Assembly (NCBI GenBank): GCA_963664225.1
Contig: OY760937.1
Coordinates: 2,912,001-2,976,000 of the forward strand
Reading direction: 5' to 3'
Source: Verrucomicrobiia bacterium
Lineage (GTDB): Bacteria > Verrucomicrobiota > Verrucomicrobiia > Limisphaerales > UBA1319
DNA length: 64,000 nucleotides
This document shows positions 39,582 to 50,217 of this stretch, piece by piece. Made by a program: the position numbers and the translations under genes. The notes beneath the pieces were generated by a model. The model did not search any database and had not been told where the DNA came from. It saw nothing but the letters and a program-made list of their open reading frames with translations. Position 1 is the first letter of the stretch. Every line of letters starts with the position of its first letter.

Positions 39582-40388
39582 TTAGCCAACCCTTTGCAAG
39601 AATCCGTCCGGCGCGACCGTGACGAGCAATTTGTTTTCAATCACCTTGTCGATTTCAAACTTGAGAGGCTCTCCGTCCGCAGCCTTGCGGCCCACTTCCT
39701 TCAAACGGCGCAGGTATTCCCAAACGGCGGATTTTGGATTGTTTCCCTTGCCCCACGGGCGATCGTTGTAAGTATCGTCAGGCAGATCTTCGACCACGGT
39801 GTCGAACACGACACAGTAACACTCCTTGCTGGTCAGCGGGGCATAGGCTTCCAGTTCGCCAAGCACATGCTCATGGGTATGATTTGAATCGAGGCAGATA
39901 AGGATTTTCTTATATCCTTTGGCGATTTCATGCACCTGTGCAACGATCTCTGGCGCAACGGAAGAGCCCTGGATCATATCGATGCGATGGGACATGGGGT
40001 GCGCTTCGATGGCCGCGCGGTTGTGGGCGCGGATGTCGATATCCAGTCCCAATACACGGCGATGCGTGGCACGGGGATCGAGCGTTACTCCCGCTTCCAC
40101 CGCGTCGCAATAATCCAGAAGGGCGAGCATGGACGCGCTCATGATGAGCGAGCCGCCATGAGCGATGCCGGTCTCGATAATGAGATCGGGCTTGGTTTTC
40201 CAGATCAACTCCTGTATCGCCACGATATCCTGCGGGTATTGGATGATGGGCCTCGAGAGCCAGGAGAAATTGTAGGAATACTGCGCGGCAATGGAGGATA
40301 ACAACAGGGCCCTTGCATCCCGCTTCAAGAGTTCGTTGCCATTGTTTGCTGCGATACGCGCCTGAACTTCCTGATCAAATTTATTCAT
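39582..40388 (-). CDS. cephalosporin hydroxylase (CmcI) family / sugar O-methyltransferase-like protein
   Basis: YSYNFSWL.RPIIQYPQD, IIETGIAHGGS, LDSNHTHEHVL, GNNP, APDGFL. Confidence 0.88.
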   Translation of the reverse strand: MNKFDQEVQARIAANNGNELLKRDARALLLSSIAAQYSYNFSWLSRPIIQYPQDIVAIQELIWKTKPDLIIETGIAHGGSLIMSASMLALLDYCDAVEAGVTLDPRATHRRVLGLDIDIRAHNRAAIEAHPMSHRIDMIQGSSVAPEIVAQVHEIAKGYKKILICLDSNHTHEHVLGELEAYAPLTSKECYCVVFDTVVEDLPDDTYNDRPWGKGNNPKSAVWEYLRRLKEVGRKAADGEPLKFEIDKVIENKLLVTVAPDGFLQRVG

Positions 40389-41442
40389 GGTCCACCTTGT
40401 AGTATTGGTATTGGTTTCCGGATTGAGCAACGATCTCATCCAGATAATTCGAATTCATTACGAAAATGGTGTCTTTGGGTTGCAATATTTGCATCGCTTC
40501 ATTGGGCGATTTAACGCACAAACCACTACATGCCAGGTATTTGCCTTGTTTTGCCGGGTTAATGTCGATGACCAGATCGATCCCGATGCCCATTCGCTGC
40601 ATGTAGATCGAAAAAATGACGCCTTTTGAAGCCCCGCCCCAGATGGCTTTGCGTTGATTTCGTTTTACAACCGAAGCAATGTTTTGAATGTCATTAAGAA
40701 AATCACCAGGAAAGTCCAGAGGTTTCGATTTGTCGATGCTGGGTTTTCGCAGACTTGCCAAATCGGCCACGACGTAAATGTATTGCCCGTTAAAACAGTG
40801 GCCGCTTTCCAGAACGCGAGCAAACATCTGGTGAAAGTCATTGACGCGGAAGTAGTTAACGTGTTCGTAGAAAACATCGAACCAGGCGCGATGATGGCAT
40901 ATCCAGTCGAAGCAAGGCACTTCGATGTAAATAATCCCTTTGCCTCCGTTCGCGTGCGCAATGCTCGAGAGAAAAGCAAAAGGATCCGGGATATGCTCCA
41001 AGACGTGCCGCAAAACAATGCCTTCGGCTGACAAGCCCAGTTCCCGCTCAAAGAGGGCCTTGATCACCCGGGGATTTCCGCCTTCATAAGCAGGGTCTAT
41101 CCCGGTGATGTCGAAACCAAGCGCATGGAGGTGGTCGAGGAAATAGCCCTTGCCACAGCCTACTTCGATCAAGGTTTTCCCTTCAAAATGTCGGCGAATG
41201 ATTTGCGTGACCGTATTCAGGTGGCTCTGAAACACAGTCGAGCAGGCCTGTTCATTCTGGTAGCTCTTGTCATAGACGAGCTTTTTGGGATCAAACGCGG
41301 CGTTAAAAACCAGCCCTGTCCCGGTATCCTGAACCAGCACAATGTCCCCAGTGGGGCTGTTCAACGCTTCCTGAGCCGTATTAAACATCCGATTTTGCAG
41401 GACAGGGAGTTTTTCCGCTCTAAAGATTTCGCGCTGGCTCAT
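40381..41442 (-). CDS. class I SAM-dependent methyltransferase (NDP-sugar C-methyltransferase-like)
   Basis: IEVGCGKGYFL, RHVLEHI, YEHVNYF, IWGGASKG, DINPAKQG. Confidence 0.85.
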   Translation of the reverse strand: MSQREIFRAEKLPVLQNRMFNTAQEALNSPTGDIVLVQDTGTGLVFNAAFDPKKLVYDKSYQNEQACSTVFQSHLNTVTQIIRRHFEGKTLIEVGCGKGYFLDHLHALGFDITGIDPAYEGGNPRVIKALFERELGLSAEGIVLRHVLEHIPDPFAFLSSIAHANGGKGIIYIEVPCFDWICHHRAWFDVFYEHVNYFRVNDFHQMFARVLESGHCFNGQYIYVVADLASLRKPSIDKSKPLDFPGDFLNDIQNIASVVKRNQRKAIWGGASKGVIFSIYMQRMGIGIDLVIDINPAKQGKYLACSGLCVKSPNEAMQILQPKDTIFVMNSNYLDEIVAQSGNQYQYYKVDHE

Positions 41443-41798
41443 AAGTATTGGCAACCATTCAGGTCTTTGCAGTTAACTTGGAAACAGAATGACCACTTAG
41501 AGAGCGGGCGGCAAGCAGAAGTATGTTCCTTTTCCTCCAAAGGGCGCCCGACAAAATTCTTCAGTTTGAGTGGGAACACCCCGCAAGGAGCCTGTTCATC
41601 AGGCACGCCCAGTTCAAAAACAATTGCTATTTATCTTGCAGTCAGCCCTAAAATGTGTTCTAAAGGTTACTAATTGCCACTTGCGTAACAAAGTGACGTC
41701 TGCCTGCGTCTGCAATTCTGGTCTGTCAATTTTGGTGTTCAGCTGTTAATGCGGGGATTCACGAATACTCGTGCGTCAATATTACTTTGGGAGTTTCT

Positions 41799-44700
41799 AT
41801 GAAAATAATAATGCGACAATTATCCCGGTATGCTTCTTCCGCGCTTCTCGTTCTTGCCAGCCTCTGCCTGTGGCATTGCGCCTCCAGCGCGTGGGCGGCT
41901 GATGCGATTGGCAATTCAACAAACCCGCCGCTGGCAACCATTCAGGCGCCGCAAGGTCTGATCGGCTGGTGGAAGGGCGAGGGTAATGTGATGGACTCGG
42001 CGGGCAGCGCGAACGGCTATGTGACAAATGGTGCAAGCTTTGGCATCGGCGAAGTTGGGGTCGGCTTCAGCCTCGACGGCACGAATAATCGGGTGGTTAT
42101 TCCCAGTTCTCCAGCGTTGAATTTTGGATCCAACCAAAACTACACAGTCGAAGCTTGGATCCAAGCCTATCCCACCCCCGATAATTATCAAGGGATTGCC
42201 GTCATCGTGGGCAAGTCTTACACACCTGATCCCAGCAGCTGCGTTGGATGGTTCTTATACATCGACAAAGGCAAGCTCGGCATTCTGATTTCGCAAGCGC
42301 CCATGAGCGCCGGCAATTCCTCTTTCTATGTCGCATCGGATGGGCCAAATGTTCAAGACGGGATGTTTCATCATGTGGCAGTCACCATGAATCGGAACTC
42401 CAGTACCGGCGGCAAGCTATACGTGGATGGCAATGTGGTTTTGGCCTTTGACCCGAGCTTGGAGTCAGGTGACCTTTCAACGACCACGCCTCTGTACGTC
42501 GGAAGTCATGATAATCCCAGCCTCAAGTGCAATTTCAAAGGCATTATCGATGATTTGTCCATCTATAACCGGGATTTGGTTTTAACGGAAATCTCTTCAA
42601 TTTATATGGCCGGCAGAGCTGGTAAAGTTTCCTCCTCCCAATCCTCGACCATGCCTCTTGGGATCGTCGGTTGGTGGAAGGGAGAGGGCAATGTGGTGGA
42701 CGGCATCAACGGCGCAAATGGTTACACGACCAACGGCGCAAGCTATGGGCCGGGAAAGGTGGGAACCGGCTTTAGCCTCGTTGGCACGAATAACAGGGTG
42801 ATCGTTCCCAACGCCCCGATGCTGAATTTGGGAGCCAGCCAGAACTTTTCCATTGAGCTTTGGATGCAGGCCCAACCCACTCCAGGCAATTACAACGGAA
42901 TTGCTGTCATCGCGGATAAGGCGGTCAGGCCTGATTCAAGCACGTCAACAGGTTGGCAGCTCTATTTGGAATACGGCCAGATCGGTTTCCAATTGTTGCC
43001 AGGCCCCATAAGCAGTCAAAGCCGTTGGACTGCCCCAGGCATCAATCTGCAGGACGGCCTGTTCCATCATGTGGCGGTGACCGTGAATCGCACTTCACAA
43101 TCTGGAGGCAGGTTATTCGTGGATGGAAATGTGGTTTTGACCTTCGACCCGACGCTCACATCGCAGGGTCTTTCGACAAACGGGATTCTCTACATTGGCA
43201 GCCATGGCAGTCCCGATATCAATGCCTTTTTTAAAGGCATAATTGACGAAGTTTCTGTCTATAATCGCGATTTAACCGCCACAGAGATCAATACGATCTA
43301 CAAGGCCGCCGGCGTCGGGAAAAGCACGGAATCCATCGCTCCATTTATTTATACGCAACCTGCAGGCGGGCAGGTAGTGAAGGGAAGAAGCGTAACTCTC
43401 GACGTCGGAAACGGAGGCACGCCGCCGTTGGCCTATCAATGGAAATTTAATGGAATCAATATTAGCGGAGCGACGAACAATACCCTGCTGGTGGAGAGTT
43501 TCCAACCCGACAATGCCGGCAACTACACAGTGGAAATAAGTAACGCAATGGGTTCCATCACCAGTTCAAATGCCGCGCTGACTGTCAAATTGCCGCTGCC
43601 GGCGCCACAGGGACTGGTGGGCTGGTGGAAAGGGGAAAGCAATGTAATGGATTCGGCCAGTATTGCGAATGGTTACGAAACAAACGGGGCTGGTTATGGT
43701 TCGGGCAGGGTGGGAACCGGCTTTAATTTCGACGGTGTGGATGATCGCGTGGTGGTTCCCAATAATCCAACACTGAATTTTGGCACCAATCAGAACTTTT
43801 CAATTGAGGCTTGGATTCAAGCCCAGCCCACTCCTGATAATCTGTCAGGTTACACCGTCATTGCAGACAAGGCTCTGCCGCGTGATGCCGGCAGTGTGGT
43901 GGGATGGATGTTCTATATGGAATACGGTCGGCTCGGTTTCCTGATGTCCCAGGCGCCCATGACTTATGCTGGCGCCTCGTATTGGGAGGCCCCGGGTCCT
44001 GATCTTCAAGATGGCCTGTTCCATCATGTGGCGGTCACTGTGGATCGAACTTCAAGCACGGGCGGCAAACTATACGTGGATGGAAGCGAGGTGATGACAT
44101 TTAATCCCACCGGGGAAAACGGCGATCTTTCGAGTGTGGCGCCGCTGAGGATCGGTAACCATAATAATCCCGATTTGGCCTGCAATTTCAAAGGCATCAT
44201 CGACGAGCTTTCCGTGTATAACCGTCAGCTGACGGCGGCGGATATCAGAGCCATTTACGAAACGGACAGCGCCGGGAAGAGCATGGAAGCAATCGCCCCA
44301 AGTATTATCGCTCAACCGGCAGGTCAATCAGTTGCACAGGGTAGTAGCGTCACCATTGATATTGGCTTCATCGGCACGCAGCCGCTGACTTACCAATGGA
44401 ATATTAATGGAACCAATATTTCGGCAGCGACCAACTCCTCGCTTGTCCTGACTAATTTTCAAACATCCGACGCAGGCGCCTATGCCGTGGTGATCAGCAA
44501 CGCCGTCGGATCCATAACAAGCTCCAACGCGCTATTGACATTCAAACCACCGATGCCTTCGCCCCAGGGTCTGGTGGGATGGTGGAAAGGGGAAGGCAAT
44601 GTGGCGGACTCCGCCGGCAATGCGAATGGTTATGTGACCAATGGAGCTGGTTATGGGCCCGGCGAAGTGGGAACAGGTTTCAGCCTTGACGGTGTTGATG

Positions 44701-47700
44701 ATCGGGTGATTATTTCAAATACTTCGGCACTGAACTTTGACAGCAACCGGAACTTCACGATTGAAGCGTGGATTCAAGCCCAACCCACCCCTGGAAATTA
44801 TAATGGGATCACCGTCATCGCGGATAAGGCGGTCAGGCCCGATTCCAGCACGTCAACGGGTTGGCAGCTTTACTTGGAATACGGCCAGCTCGGCTTTCAA
44901 TTGTTGCCGGGTCCCTTAAGTAGTCAAAATCGCTGGACCGCCCCGGGCATCAATCTGCAGGACGGCCTGTTCCATCATGTGGCGGCCACCGTGGATCGTA
45001 CTTCACATTCTGGCGGCAAGCTATTCGTGGATGGACGTGTGGTTTTGAGCTTTGACCCGACGCTCACTGCGCAGGGTCTTTCGACAAACGGCGTTCTCTA
45101 TATTGGCAGCCATGGCAGTCCGGACATCAATGCCTTTTTCAAAGGTATTATCGACGAGGTTTCGATCTATAATCGCGAGTTGACCACCAACGAAATCTAC
45201 GCGCTCTACAGAATAGCGGACGCGGGCAAGACCACGGCGCCATCAGCCCCGGCCATCATAGCGCAGCTTGCAAGCCAGCAAGTCGTGCAGGGAAGAAATG
45301 TGACCTTGGATATTGGAGTCGTTGGCACCCAGCCATTTGCTTTTCAATGGAGCTATAACGGGACCAATATTGATGGAGCCACCAACAAGGCATTCTCAGT
45401 GAGTAATTTCAACTCAGCCAATGAAGGCGCTTATGCAGTCACCGTCAGCAACGCACTCGGCTCGGTAACGAGTTCCAATGCCGTGCTGACTTTGAAACTG
45501 CCGATCACGGCGCCAGAAGGCCTGGTGGGTTGGTGGAGTGCCGAGGGCAACGTTTTGGACAATTATGGCAAGTCCATCGGTTACACAACCAATGGCGCGG
45601 GATATGGGCAGGGCGAGGTGGGAACCGGATTCAGCCTGGACGGCAAGGAAGGCCGGGTCATTGTGCCCAATGCGTCCCTGCTGGATTTTGGAACCAACCA
45701 GAACTTCTCGGTCGAGGCCTGGATTCAGGTCTCAAACGTTACCGCACCATACTACGGCGCCCTTGTTCCCATCGCGGCAAAAACCATCGGCACCTCCTCG
45801 AGCGGTTCGGTGGGATGGGCGCTTTGCATGCAAAATGGTTGCCTTGGTTTGCAGATGTCGCAAGCGCCTCTTGCACCAGGAAATATTTCAAAATGGATTT
45901 CGGGAAGCCCGAATTTGCAGGATGGCAAATTCCATCATATCGCGGCCACGGTGAATCGAACTTCAATCACCGGCGGTCGGCTTTATGTGGATGGAAAGGT
46001 GGTTCGGAGCTTTGATCCCACAATTGAAAAGGGAGACCTTTCAACATCGGGTCCATTGTATATTGGCGGCTACGACAACGCCACCAATACGGCTTCGTTT
46101 AAGGGCATTCTTGACGAATTGTCGGTTTATAATCGCGCCATGGCTTCCAACGAGATTGCTGCAATCTATCAGTCGGCCGATGCCGGCAAGTTCTTGAAAC
46201 CATTCGCCCCGATTATTATAACGCAACCTTCCATCCAACAAATTGCTCAGGGAGGGAATGTAAAGCTTGAGTTTACGATCGCAGGTACCGAGCCGTTGAC
46301 TTATCAATGGTTTTTCAATGGCGCGAATATTGCCAGCGCCACAAACAAGTCGCTGGTGTTGACCAATGTCCAACTTGGCGACGCGGGTGCTTACGCGGTC
46401 AGCGTTACAAATGCATTGGGATCGGCAACAAGCTCCAACGCCGTGCTGACCGTGGTATTGCCGATAACGGCGCCGCAGGGTCTGATCGGCTGGTGGCGCG
46501 GGGAGAGCAATGTGGTGGACGAATTCACCGGATCGATCGGTTACGAAACGAACGGTGCTGGTTTTGCCACAGGTGAAGTGGGAACTGGCTTCAGTTTCGA
46601 TGGCACGAACAGCCAGGTTGTGATACCCGATTCGCCGACCCTGAATTTTGGGTCCAACCAAAACTTCTCGGTCGAGGCCTGGATTCAAGCGCAGCCGTTC
46701 GCCCAGCCCACTTATCCCAATTATGGACGCTATAGCCAGAATGTCTCGATAGCGGCTAAATCGTTTTATTCCATGGATCTCATGCAGGAAGTGGGCTGGA
46801 AGTTTTCTTTGGATAATGGCTCGCTCCTGTTCATGATGACGGAGGGAATTGCCAATAATATCAATCCCACGGCTTGGATGACAACGAACACCGTTATCAC
46901 GGATTCGAATTTCCATCATGTGGCCGCCACGGTGGACCGCACATCCAAAACAGGCGGCAAGTTATATGTGGACGGAAACTTGGTTCTCACATTTGATCCA
47001 TCCTCGCAGAACGGCGATTTGTCGAATACAAGTCCGCTGCTGGTTGGGACCAAATTAAACATGGTTTTGATGCCAGGCCCCATGGCTACCTTTAATTACT
47101 TCAAAGGCATCATCGATGAAGTGACGGTTTATAATAGGGCACTTTCGTCCAACGAAATTGCCGTAATCACGCAAGTTGGCATTGGCGGAAAGTTCATGCA
47201 GCCAACCGCCCCCATCATCGCGACGCAACCCGCAAGCCAGAGAATTGTGCAGGGTAATGACATGACCCTGGTGGTCGGAGCCGGAGGAACGCAACCTTTG
47301 ACCTACCAGTGGCAGTTTAATGGAAGCGATATGGCGAGTCGCACGAACTCATCGCTGGTACTGACCAACATCCAGTTTATTCAGGCCGGCGCATACTCCG
47401 TCAAGGTGTCGAATGCCCTTGGTTCCGTTACCAGCAGCAACGCCCTAATCCGGGTGGACTTCCCGCCCGCCACAGTACTTGTGGCTAATGCCAGCGGTTC
47501 GGCAAGCGCGCCCATCACCGTGCCTGTCGTGTTATTGGCCAATGGCAATGAAAACGCCGTCAGCTTCAGTGTGAACTTCGATCCGGCAATTCTCACATTT
47601 GCCAAAGTGGTTAAGGGTTCTGGAGCGATTGACGGATCGTTATTGCCCAACACCAACCTTGTCGGCACCGGAAAACTTGGCCTGATTCTGGCTTTGGATC

Positions 47701-49028
47701 CAGGCACGGTGTTCAGCGCAGGCACGCAGGAAGTCGTCAAAGTGAGCTTCAATGTGGCCACCACTCAGGCAGGCTCAACGTTGGTCACCTTTGGGAACCA
47801 GCCGACCTTGTCTCAACTCTCGGATGTTGACGCGATTACCCTGGCCGCAAACTATGAGGACGGCACGGTAAGCATTGCCGCTGCTGACTTCGAGGGCGAT
47901 GTCACTCCGCGCCCGAGTGGCGATAGGCAGGTCACCCTGACTGATTGGGTGCAGGAGGGACGCTATGTCGCGCGGTTGGATAATCCTGCAGGTCCGGGCG
48001 AATATCAACGCGCCGATTGCGCGCCGCAAGCCACCCGTGGCGACGGGGCCATTACCGTGATCGATTGGGTGCAAGCGGGGCGCTATGCAGTTGGATTGGA
48101 TCCGCTCTTGCCGGTGGGCGGTCCATCGGCAGAGATTCTGCCGATCATTCCCCTGGACAATGTTTCCTCACGCATCACCGAGACCACCGCGGGTTGCGAG
48201 GTGAAAATAGTGGAGTTAAACCTTGTTCAAGGCCAGTCAGGAACTGTGAGCGTGGTTTTGGAGGCGCAGGGCACTGAGAATGCCTTGGGCTTCAGCCTGG
48301 CCTTCGATCCAACGGCCATCCGTCTTATCAAGGCGAGCAGGGGAAGCGATGCCACCGATTCTTTTCTCAACGTGAATACCAATGACGCCGCCTCAGGCCG
48401 CGTCGGTGTTGCGCTCTCGCTTTCGCCGGGCCAGACCTTTGGAACGGGCGCCAAAGAAATACTGAAATTGAGTGTTCAAGTCGCCGCTTCCGCGGCCACG
48501 GGACAATCCACATTCACATTCACGGATGTGCCCGTGACCCGGGTGGTGTCTGACGTCACCGCCATTGCGTTAATCGCAACCTTCACGCAAGGAGTCGTGG
48601 ATGTCGATTCATCGATCCCCACGCTGCGAATCAACCGGCTTAACGATCAAGTGGTTCTGTCATGGCCGGATTGGGCGACCAATTACGTGCTGCAGGTCAC
48701 CGGAAATTCCGGCACTAACATGACCTGGACCAATTCGGCGGCCGCATCGATCCTGACCAACGGCGCAAGCGTGGTGACCTTGCCCGCATCCGCACAAACT
48801 GAATTGTATCGTTTGATTCAAATTGGTTCGCAAGGGGGCAACGGTTCTGCCGCCCTGCAAGCGAAAGCAATCCTGAGAGGCGCCACGCGAACGGCTACGC
48901 CAATTCCGGGAACCACACTAATACTACCGGGACCGATCAGGGGCGTACCCTATCCGGGCTCGACATATCCGAATTCACCGTCGCCCGTGCGATATAGACC
49001 TGCGCCAGAGCAACTCCTGGTCCCTTGA
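41799..49028 (+). CDS. giant exported protein: 6 LamG-like jellyrolls, 5 Ig domains, cohesin-dockerin-cohesin, C-terminal ..YRL domain and Pro-rich tail
   Basis: six GLxGWWxGE..HHVA.T..LYVDG..FKGIIDE repeats; five QP..YQW..NG..AGAY Ig repeats; ENAxxFSxxFDP cohesin-like pair around a duplicated GD..DW..GRY..LD motif. Confidence 0.88.
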   Translation: MKIIMRQLSRYASSALLVLASLCLWHCASSAWAADAIGNSTNPPLATIQAPQGLIGWWKGEGNVMDSAGSANGYVTNGASFGIGEVGVGFSLDGTNNRVVIPSSPALNFGSNQNYTVEAWIQAYPTPDNYQGIAVIVGKSYTPDPSSCVGWFLYIDKGKLGILISQAPMSAGNSSFYVASDGPNVQDGMFHHVAVTMNRNSSTGGKLYVDGNVVLAFDPSLESGDLSTTTPLYVGSHDNPSLKCNFKGIIDDLSIYNRDLVLTEISSIYMAGRAGKVSSSQSSTMPLGIVGWWKGEGNVVDGINGANGYTTNGASYGPGKVGTGFSLVGTNNRVIVPNAPMLNLGASQNFSIELWMQAQPTPGNYNGIAVIADKAVRPDSSTSTGWQLYLEYGQIGFQLLPGPISSQSRWTAPGINLQDGLFHHVAVTVNRTSQSGGRLFVDGNVVLTFDPTLTSQGLSTNGILYIGSHGSPDINAFFKGIIDEVSVYNRDLTATEINTIYKAAGVGKSTESIAPFIYTQPAGGQVVKGRSVTLDVGNGGTPPLAYQWKFNGINISGATNNTLLVESFQPDNAGNYTVEISNAMGSITSSNAALTVKLPLPAPQGLVGWWKGESNVMDSASIANGYETNGAGYGSGRVGTGFNFDGVDDRVVVPNNPTLNFGTNQNFSIEAWIQAQPTPDNLSGYTVIADKALPRDAGSVVGWMFYMEYGRLGFLMSQAPMTYAGASYWEAPGPDLQDGLFHHVAVTVDRTSSTGGKLYVDGSEVMTFNPTGENGDLSSVAPLRIGNHNNPDLACNFKGIIDELSVYNRQLTAADIRAIYETDSAGKSMEAIAPSIIAQPAGQSVAQGSSVTIDIGFIGTQPLTYQWNINGTNISAATNSSLVLTNFQTSDAGAYAVVISNAVGSITSSNALLTFKPPMPSPQGLVGWWKGEGNVADSAGNANGYVTNGAGYGPGEVGTGFSLDGVDDRVIISNTSALNFDSNRNFTIEAWIQAQPTPGNYNGITVIADKAVRPDSSTSTGWQLYLEYGQLGFQLLPGPLSSQNRWTAPGINLQDGLFHHVAATVDRTSHSGGKLFVDGRVVLSFDPTLTAQGLSTNGVLYIGSHGSPDINAFFKGIIDEVSIYNRELTTNEIYALYRIADAGKTTAPSAPAIIAQLASQQVVQGRNVTLDIGVVGTQPFAFQWSYNGTNIDGATNKAFSVSNFNSANEGAYAVTVSNALGSVTSSNAVLTLKLPITAPEGLVGWWSAEGNVLDNYGKSIGYTTNGAGYGQGEVGTGFSLDGKEGRVIVPNASLLDFGTNQNFSVEAWIQVSNVTAPYYGALVPIAAKTIGTSSSGSVGWALCMQNGCLGLQMSQAPLAPGNISKWISGSPNLQDGKFHHIAATVNRTSITGGRLYVDGKVVRSFDPTIEKGDLSTSGPLYIGGYDNATNTASFKGILDELSVYNRAMASNEIAAIYQSADAGKFLKPFAPIIITQPSIQQIAQGGNVKLEFTIAGTEPLTYQWFFNGANIASATNKSLVLTNVQLGDAGAYAVSVTNALGSATSSNAVLTVVLPITAPQGLIGWWRGESNVVDEFTGSIGYETNGAGFATGEVGTGFSFDGTNSQVVIPDSPTLNFGSNQNFSVEAWIQAQPFAQPTYPNYGRYSQNVSIAAKSFYSMDLMQEVGWKFSLDNGSLLFMMTEGIANNINPTAWMTTNTVITDSNFHHVAATVDRTSKTGGKLYVDGNLVLTFDPSSQNGDLSNTSPLLVGTKLNMVLMPGPMATFNYFKGIIDEVTVYNRALSSNEIAVITQVGIGGKFMQPTAPIIATQPASQRIVQGNDMTLVVGAGGTQPLTYQWQFNGSDMASRTNSSLVLTNIQFIQAGAYSVKVSNALGSVTSSNALIRVDFPPATVLVANASGSASAPITVPVVLLANGNENAVSFSVNFDPAILTFAKVVKGSGAIDGSLLPNTNLVGTGKLGLILALDPGTVFSAGTQEVVKVSFNVATTQAGSTLVTFGNQPTLSQLSDVDAITLAANYEDGTVSIAAADFEGDVTPRPSGDRQVTLTDWVQEGRYVARLDNPAGPGEYQRADCAPQATRGDGAITVIDWVQAGRYAVGLDPLLPVGGPSAEILPIIPLDNVSSRITETTAGCEVKIVELNLVQGQSGTVSVVLEAQGTENALGFSLAFDPTAIRLIKASRGSDATDSFLNVNTNDAASGRVGVALSLSPGQTFGTGAKEILKLSVQVAASAATGQSTFTFTDVPVTRVVSDVTAIALIATFTQGVVDVDSSIPTLRINRLNDQVVLSWPDWATNYVLQVTGNSGTNMTWTNSAAASILTNGASVVTLPASAQTELYRLIQIGSQGGNGSAALQAKAILRGATRTATPIPGTTLILPGPIRGVPYPGSTYPNSPSPVRYRPAPEQLLVP

Positions 49029-49151
49029 CGTCAATGTTGAAGAGCACTCTTATTTAAGAGCAGATCGGCTCAGGAGCATTGAATCATGCCGATCATATGG
49101 TTGCCCGAGCCGTGAGTGACTCCAGGGCAGGTTACAGGATTGAACAGCATT

Positions 49152-49194
49152 ACTCAGCGGGTACATCCAGCCGGGATGCCCCCGCTGAGTTTTT
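49152..49194 (+). terminator. intrinsic terminator
   Basis: actcagcggg..catcc/ggatg..cccgctgagt hairpin followed by a T run. Confidence 0.7.
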
Positions 49195-49266
49195 GTCTTG
49201 CCCCCTGCACGTTCCATTCTCCGGGCTTGTCAAATCATGATTTCCGCTGTTTATAGGCATTGATTT

Positions 49267-50151
49267 ATGAAACCAATTACGCTCTTTTTTGCAGGCGGCG
49301 TCCTGGCGGTCGGCTCCGTCATCATTTCCGCTCAAAACACCAATCTCACCACGCCTTCGCCCTGGTCCTCGGACCTCAAGGCCGACTATTCCTATGTGGG
49401 GGACGCGCAAACCCATTTCAACGGCCAAAAATGGGGCGATCTCTCGGAGAATTCCGGGCGGTTGCGCTATGATTTAACCCGTAAAATGAGCGACACCTAT
49501 GGCTGGCGGGTGGGCATTGGCGTTGATGAATACGCATTTGACGTGCCTGCGGGAGTCCCGGTTCCCGACCGCGCCGAGGCCATCAGCCTGCGTTTGGGCG
49601 ACCAATGGAAATTTGCGGACAAGTGGACGTTTCGCGCGGGAATTGAGCCTGGGATCTACCATGACGGCAAAGACGTGAAGTGGCGGGATGTGAACGTGCC
49701 GTTTTACGCGGGGGTTTCTTACGAGGCCAATCCCGATCTGACGTGGATGTTTGGCTTGCGGGTCGATGTTTGGTCGGACGTTCCCGTGCTGCCTGGCGCG
49801 GGTGTGCGGTGGAAATTCACCGATGACTGGACTCTGAACCTGATGTTTCCCAGGCCCCAGTTGCAATACGCGGTCAACGATCGCGTCACGGCGTATGTGG
49901 GCGGGGATTATCGCGGGGGATCCTTTCGGACCGCCAGGAATTTCAAGGTCAACGGACTCAACGACGAAGTCATGGACCATCGGGAAATTCGCGCGGGCGC
50001 GGGTGTGGATTGGAATTTGACCAGTTGCCTCACGGGTGAATTCGAGGCGGGATATGTCTGCTACCATCGGTTCGAATTCGATAACAAGGACGTCACCGTG
50101 AAGGCGGATCCCGCTCCCTATTTGAGCGCCTCGCTGCGGTTCAAATTCTGA
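49267..50151 (+). CDS. outer-membrane beta-barrel protein (DUF6268-like)
   Basis: signal peptide, alternating beta strands, LPGAGVRW..W.L.L.FPRP motif, terminal Phe. Confidence 0.75.
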   Translation: MKPITLFFAGGVLAVGSVIISAQNTNLTTPSPWSSDLKADYSYVGDAQTHFNGQKWGDLSENSGRLRYDLTRKMSDTYGWRVGIGVDEYAFDVPAGVPVPDRAEAISLRLGDQWKFADKWTFRAGIEPGIYHDGKDVKWRDVNVPFYAGVSYEANPDLTWMFGLRVDVWSDVPVLPGAGVRWKFTDDWTLNLMFPRPQLQYAVNDRVTAYVGGDYRGGSFRTARNFKVNGLNDEVMDHREIRAGAGVDWNLTSCLTGEFEAGYVCYHRFEFDNKDVTVKADPAPYLSASLRFKF

Positions 50152-50217
50152 TCGCCCGTTCCACGGTCAATGCGAGGGGAAAACCTCGCGCCCTGCCCTG
50201 CGTTGACTATTAGTTGA

